Assembly (NCBI GenBank): GCA_045542315.1
Contig: JAZQKU010000060.1
Span: 1-59,622 of the forward strand
Length of the DNA: 59,622 nucleotides
Direction: 5' to 3'
Source: Eubacteriales bacterium
Lineage (GTDB): Bacteria > Bacillota > Clostridia > Oscillospirales > RGIG5299
Below are positions 56,819 through 59,622 of this stretch, in pieces. The position numbers and the translations under genes are program-made. Below the pieces are notes generated by a model. The model was not told the origin of the DNA. It searched no databases and saw nothing but the letters and a program-made list of their open reading frames with translations. Position 1 is the stretch's first letter. Each line of letters starts with the position of its first letter.

Positions 56819-58048
56819 ATGAAATTCAGATATGTGGCTGTTGATGCAGTCGGTAAAAAAGTCAAGGGCGTAATAGAGGCTGAAAACGAGAACAACGCCG
56901 TTTATTTTATTCATAAGCAGGACCTTACTCCCGTATCGGTAAAGCCCTATAAAGAAAAAGCGGCTAATTTTTGGGAAATGGAAATAATGGAACCCGACGT
57001 CCATAAGCTCAAAATGAAGAAAAAAGACATTATGCGCTTTGCCGATAAAATGTCTATAATGCTTAAGGCGGGCGTTAAGCTTTCAATGGCAATGGAAGTA
57101 ATCATTACCAGTGAAACGAACCATCGCTACAGAAAAATATTCAAGGCAGTAACGGAAGATCTTTATGCCGGCTCCTCTCTTGCCGAAAGTATGAGGAAAT
57201 TTTCCGCATTTCCCGAGGTCGTTGTTAATATGGTGGCATCGGGCGAAAAGAACGGCAAGCTCGACTGGGCGTTTTCCCGTATAGCCGAGATGTTTGAAAA
57301 GGAGATTGCGTTAAGCGGTAAGCTTTCTGCAGCCTTTACATATCCTCTTTTTCTCGTTTTTCTTATGATTGCTCTTTTTGTGGTAATGACAACATATGTT
57401 TTACCAAGGTTTTCAAATATGTACGAAACCTTTGATTCGGAGCTTCCGGGAATAACACAAGCGATGATAAACGTTTCCGATTTTCTTATTAAATACGGAC
57501 TGTTTATTGCTCTTTTCATCGCGGTAGCGGTAATTGTAACGGTAGTGCTTGTAAAGGCAATGCCTGCATTCCGTCGTCAGCTTTCCAAATTAAATCTTCA
57601 TGTTCCCGTTGTGGGAAGACTTCTCGTAGTAAGCAATTCCTCGAGCTTTGCCCGCATAGCATCAGCGCTTATTGAATCGGGTGTTGAGATAGTTGACGCA
57701 ATGAAGATTTCTGCCACTGTAATCAAAAATTATCATATGCATCAATCTGTGGTAGAGTGTCTTGACGATGTAAGACTCGGCGCTCCGTTGCATTCGGCAT
57801 TCGCAAAGCTGAAGATATTTGAGCCACTTTTCGTTTCGATGGTTGAAATAGGCGAGCAGTCTAGTATGCTCGACGAAACCTTTGGAAAGATGGCAGACCT
57901 TTACGAGGCCGAGAGCAACGATGCAACGAGAAAGCTCACTGCGGTAATTGAACCGGTGATGACGATGCTCATAGGACTTATGATAGCACTTCTCGTTATA
58001 TCGATAATTCTCCCTATGTTCAATATGTACGGAACCATTTTAGGTTAA
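56819..58048 (+). CDS. pilC: Type IV pilus platform protein (GspF/PilC)
   Basis: Two T2SSF domains (GEKNGKL, GEQSSML), YP and IEP motifs. Confidence 0.9.
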   Translation: MKFRYVAVDAVGKKVKGVIEAENENNAVYFIHKQDLTPVSVKPYKEKAANFWEMEIMEPDVHKLKMKKKDIMRFADKMSIMLKAGVKLSMAMEVIITSETNHRYRKIFKAVTEDLYAGSSLAESMRKFSAFPEVVVNMVASGEKNGKLDWAFSRIAEMFEKEIALSGKLSAAFTYPLFLVFLMIALFVVMTTYVLPRFSNMYETFDSELPGITQAMINVSDFLIKYGLFIALFIAVAVIVTVVLVKAMPAFRRQLSKLNLHVPVVGRLLVVSNSSSFARIASALIESGVEIVDAMKISATVIKNYHMHQSVVECLDDVRLGAPLHSAFAKLKIFEPLFVSMVEIGEQSSMLDETFGKMADLYEAESNDATRKLTAVIEPVMTMLIGLMIALLVISIILPMFNMYGTILG

Positions 58049-58051
58049 TAA

Positions 58052-58085
58052 AAAATACCGTTTTCCGAAAGGAAAACGGTATTTT
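58052..58085. terminator. Bidirectional terminator
   Basis: AAAATACCGTTTTCC gaaa GGAAAACGGTATTTT. Confidence 0.75.
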
Positions 58086-58097
58086 GTTTATAACGGA

Positions 58098-58721
58098 TTA
58101 TTTCTTCAAAACCGCAACAAGCTTTTTTATCGGAATGCCCTCTTGAGAAAACCTTGCCTCATACTCGGTTACGACGTTTTGAATGTTTTCACTGTGAAGG
58201 TCGCGCGTGAGATAGATTATCTCAAAGCCGTTTGAGGATATTTCCTCAACGGAGAAATCGAAAAGCTTATCGTTATCCGTCTTGAATTCTATTTTTCCGT
58301 CGGGCGTGAGAAGCTTTTTGTATATCTCAAGAAAGCTTCTGTGAGTAAGCCTTCTCTTTGCGCGGTTATTGGGCGGCCACGGATCGGAAAAATTCAAATA
58401 TACGGTATCTACCGAATGCTCCTTGAAATAATCGCAAAGCTCCGAGGCGTCAGCCATCAGAAGACGTATATTCTTCGCTCCGCATTCGTCGGTCTTAATA
58501 GCGGCGGTAGCAATAACGTCTGCCACCTTTTCAATTCCCACAAAAGACACGTCGGGCTCGAGTAACGCCGACTGCGAAACGAAAGCTCCCTTTCCGCAGC
58601 CTATTTCGATCTTTAATTTCTTGTTTTCAAAAAAGGCATCGTCACGGTTTTCCTTGTCAAGGAACAAGTAGGAATACTTCAAAAGCCTTTCGGGAGTGTT
58701 TTTCTTTTTTCTTGCTCTCAT
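58098..58721 (-). CDS. trmB: tRNA (guanine-N7) methyltransferase
   Basis: IEIGCGKG, LNFSDPWP, RRLT, FKTD, TEYE. Confidence 0.95.
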   Translation of the reverse strand: MRARKKKNTPERLLKYSYLFLDKENRDDAFFENKKLKIEIGCGKGAFVSQSALLEPDVSFVGIEKVADVIATAAIKTDECGAKNIRLLMADASELCDYFKEHSVDTVYLNFSDPWPPNNRAKRRLTHRSFLEIYKKLLTPDGKIEFKTDNDKLFDFSVEEISSNGFEIIYLTRDLHSENIQNVVTEYEARFSQEGIPIKKLVAVLKK

Positions 58722-58782
58722 TTCAACTTCTCTTTTCTTTGACAAATTGCTATTATATATTATAAGCCATTTTCCGAAAAAA

Positions 58783-59622
58783 TCAAGAGATAAGTGCTAT
58801 AATTTTTTTTGAAAGAGCATCGCTCACCGATTTGTCAAGGGCATCAACGTAATAAGATTCCAACTCGTCGTGAAGCTCCTTTGCTTTTGAAAGACGCTCC
58901 ACCGCCGCCTCCAGACTGCTTTTTTTCAAGATCTCGTAAAATTTCAGCCTGCCGTCAAACTCGGTTACCTCGGTTAAAAACCGTTCGCAGTTTATTTTTC
59001 TCGTGGAACCTTGCTTTTTTGAAGTAAATGCGATCCGAGCATTTGGAATTTTGATGTGTAAAAGTCTTGAAGGTGAAAGAGGCGAGTAAAAGGCGATCGC
59101 GTCAAGACCGCTTTCGGTAAACCTTCGTAAAAGAGCCGACATAACGGCGTCGCTTACGGCTCCGAATCTGTCGTCAAGACAAACGACCTCGTCGCAATCC
59201 GCCGATACCGAATCGAAATGGGTTATCCAACCCTTATGGCAAAGGGCATCGGCAAATCGGCGGGTAATTTTACCGCCATCACCTTTGACCGTTTTCCGCT
59301 TAACGAGGTTTTTCGCATATTCATCAATCCTTTCAAAGCAGATCTTTCCCTCAACTGCGCCGTAGATCAGCCCGTCAATCTCGCCCGCAGCATTGAGAAG
59401 GGAATAGGCGGCGCGGTACTCTGCCTTTATAGCGCCGTTTATCTCAAAAATTTTGTCCTTTTTAGCTGAAAGCTTCTTTGCGTCCCAATAATCTCCGGTA
59501 TTTATTATCATTCCCGCCGCACCCGGTACGGGCGGCTCCGCAAGATGCGGAGAGGTGCCGTCAAACAAAACGGTACCGTCGTTTAAAACGGCGCCGTCGA
59601 GAGAATCGGGGTCTGAGGAGCA
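58783..59622 (-). CDS. PRK06851-like putative ATPase, 5' end outside the window
   Basis: Frame open to the window end: CSSDPDSLDG...DGTSPH, and HDELESYY. Confidence 0.7.
   Translation of the reverse strand, partial: CSSDPDSLDGAVLNDGTVLFDGTSPHLAEPPVPGAAGMIINTGDYWDAKKLSAKKDKIFEINGAIKAEYRAAYSLLNAAGEIDGLIYGAVEGKICFERIDEYAKNLVKRKTVKGDGGKITRRFADALCHKGWITHFDSVSADCDEVVCLDDRFGAVSDAVMSALLRRFTESGLDAIAFYSPLSPSRLLHIKIPNARIAFTSKKQGSTRKINCERFLTEVTEFDGRLKFYEILKKSSLEAAVERLSKAKELHDELESYYVDALDKSVSDALSKKIIALIS

Noticed and set aside
46686..58048. ComG competence pilus or classical T2SS
   Set aside because: PilM/N/O-like genes and a PilB with a Zn motif fit a type IV pilus; there is no comG gene order and no secretin.

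Overview
Window from a Firmicute, probably a Clostridia / Oscillospiraceae-like organism (inferred from gene content, sigmaA-type promoters and riboswitches). It is mostly housekeeping DNA: ctsR-mcsA-clpC without mcsB, a GH106-like glycosidase, two yybP-ykoY (Mn2+) riboswitches ahead of an ArsB/NhaD-type permease and a P-type ATPase, a preQ1-I riboswitch ahead of queT-galU, a Na/Pi cotransporter, a long co-directional run (pyrC-pyrF-pyrK-pyrD-pfkB-hprK-murB-rapZ-whiA-dnaE, then pfkA), a D,D-carboxypeptidase, an M23 peptidase, cysK, a MocR regulator/ECF-S pair, uraA-upp, a divergent type IV pilus locus with a 1252-aa pilin-like protein, and trmB. The most unusual signals are: (i) a non-coding array of variable mini-hairpins joined by an AATATCACT-like linker, lying between the arms of a long inverted repeat (41.1-41.5 kb), with a related unit at the window start; (ii) a Na/Pi cotransporter gene collapsed to its first and last codons behind a riboswitch; (iii) a 691-aa TM-unknown-GNAT fusion; (iv) divergent tandem paralogs sharing a perfect 62-bp promoter/RBS/start repeat; (v) the atypical pilus locus. 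I saw no CRISPR array, rRNA, full tRNA, transposase or integrase. All calls come from reading the sequence; no searches were run.
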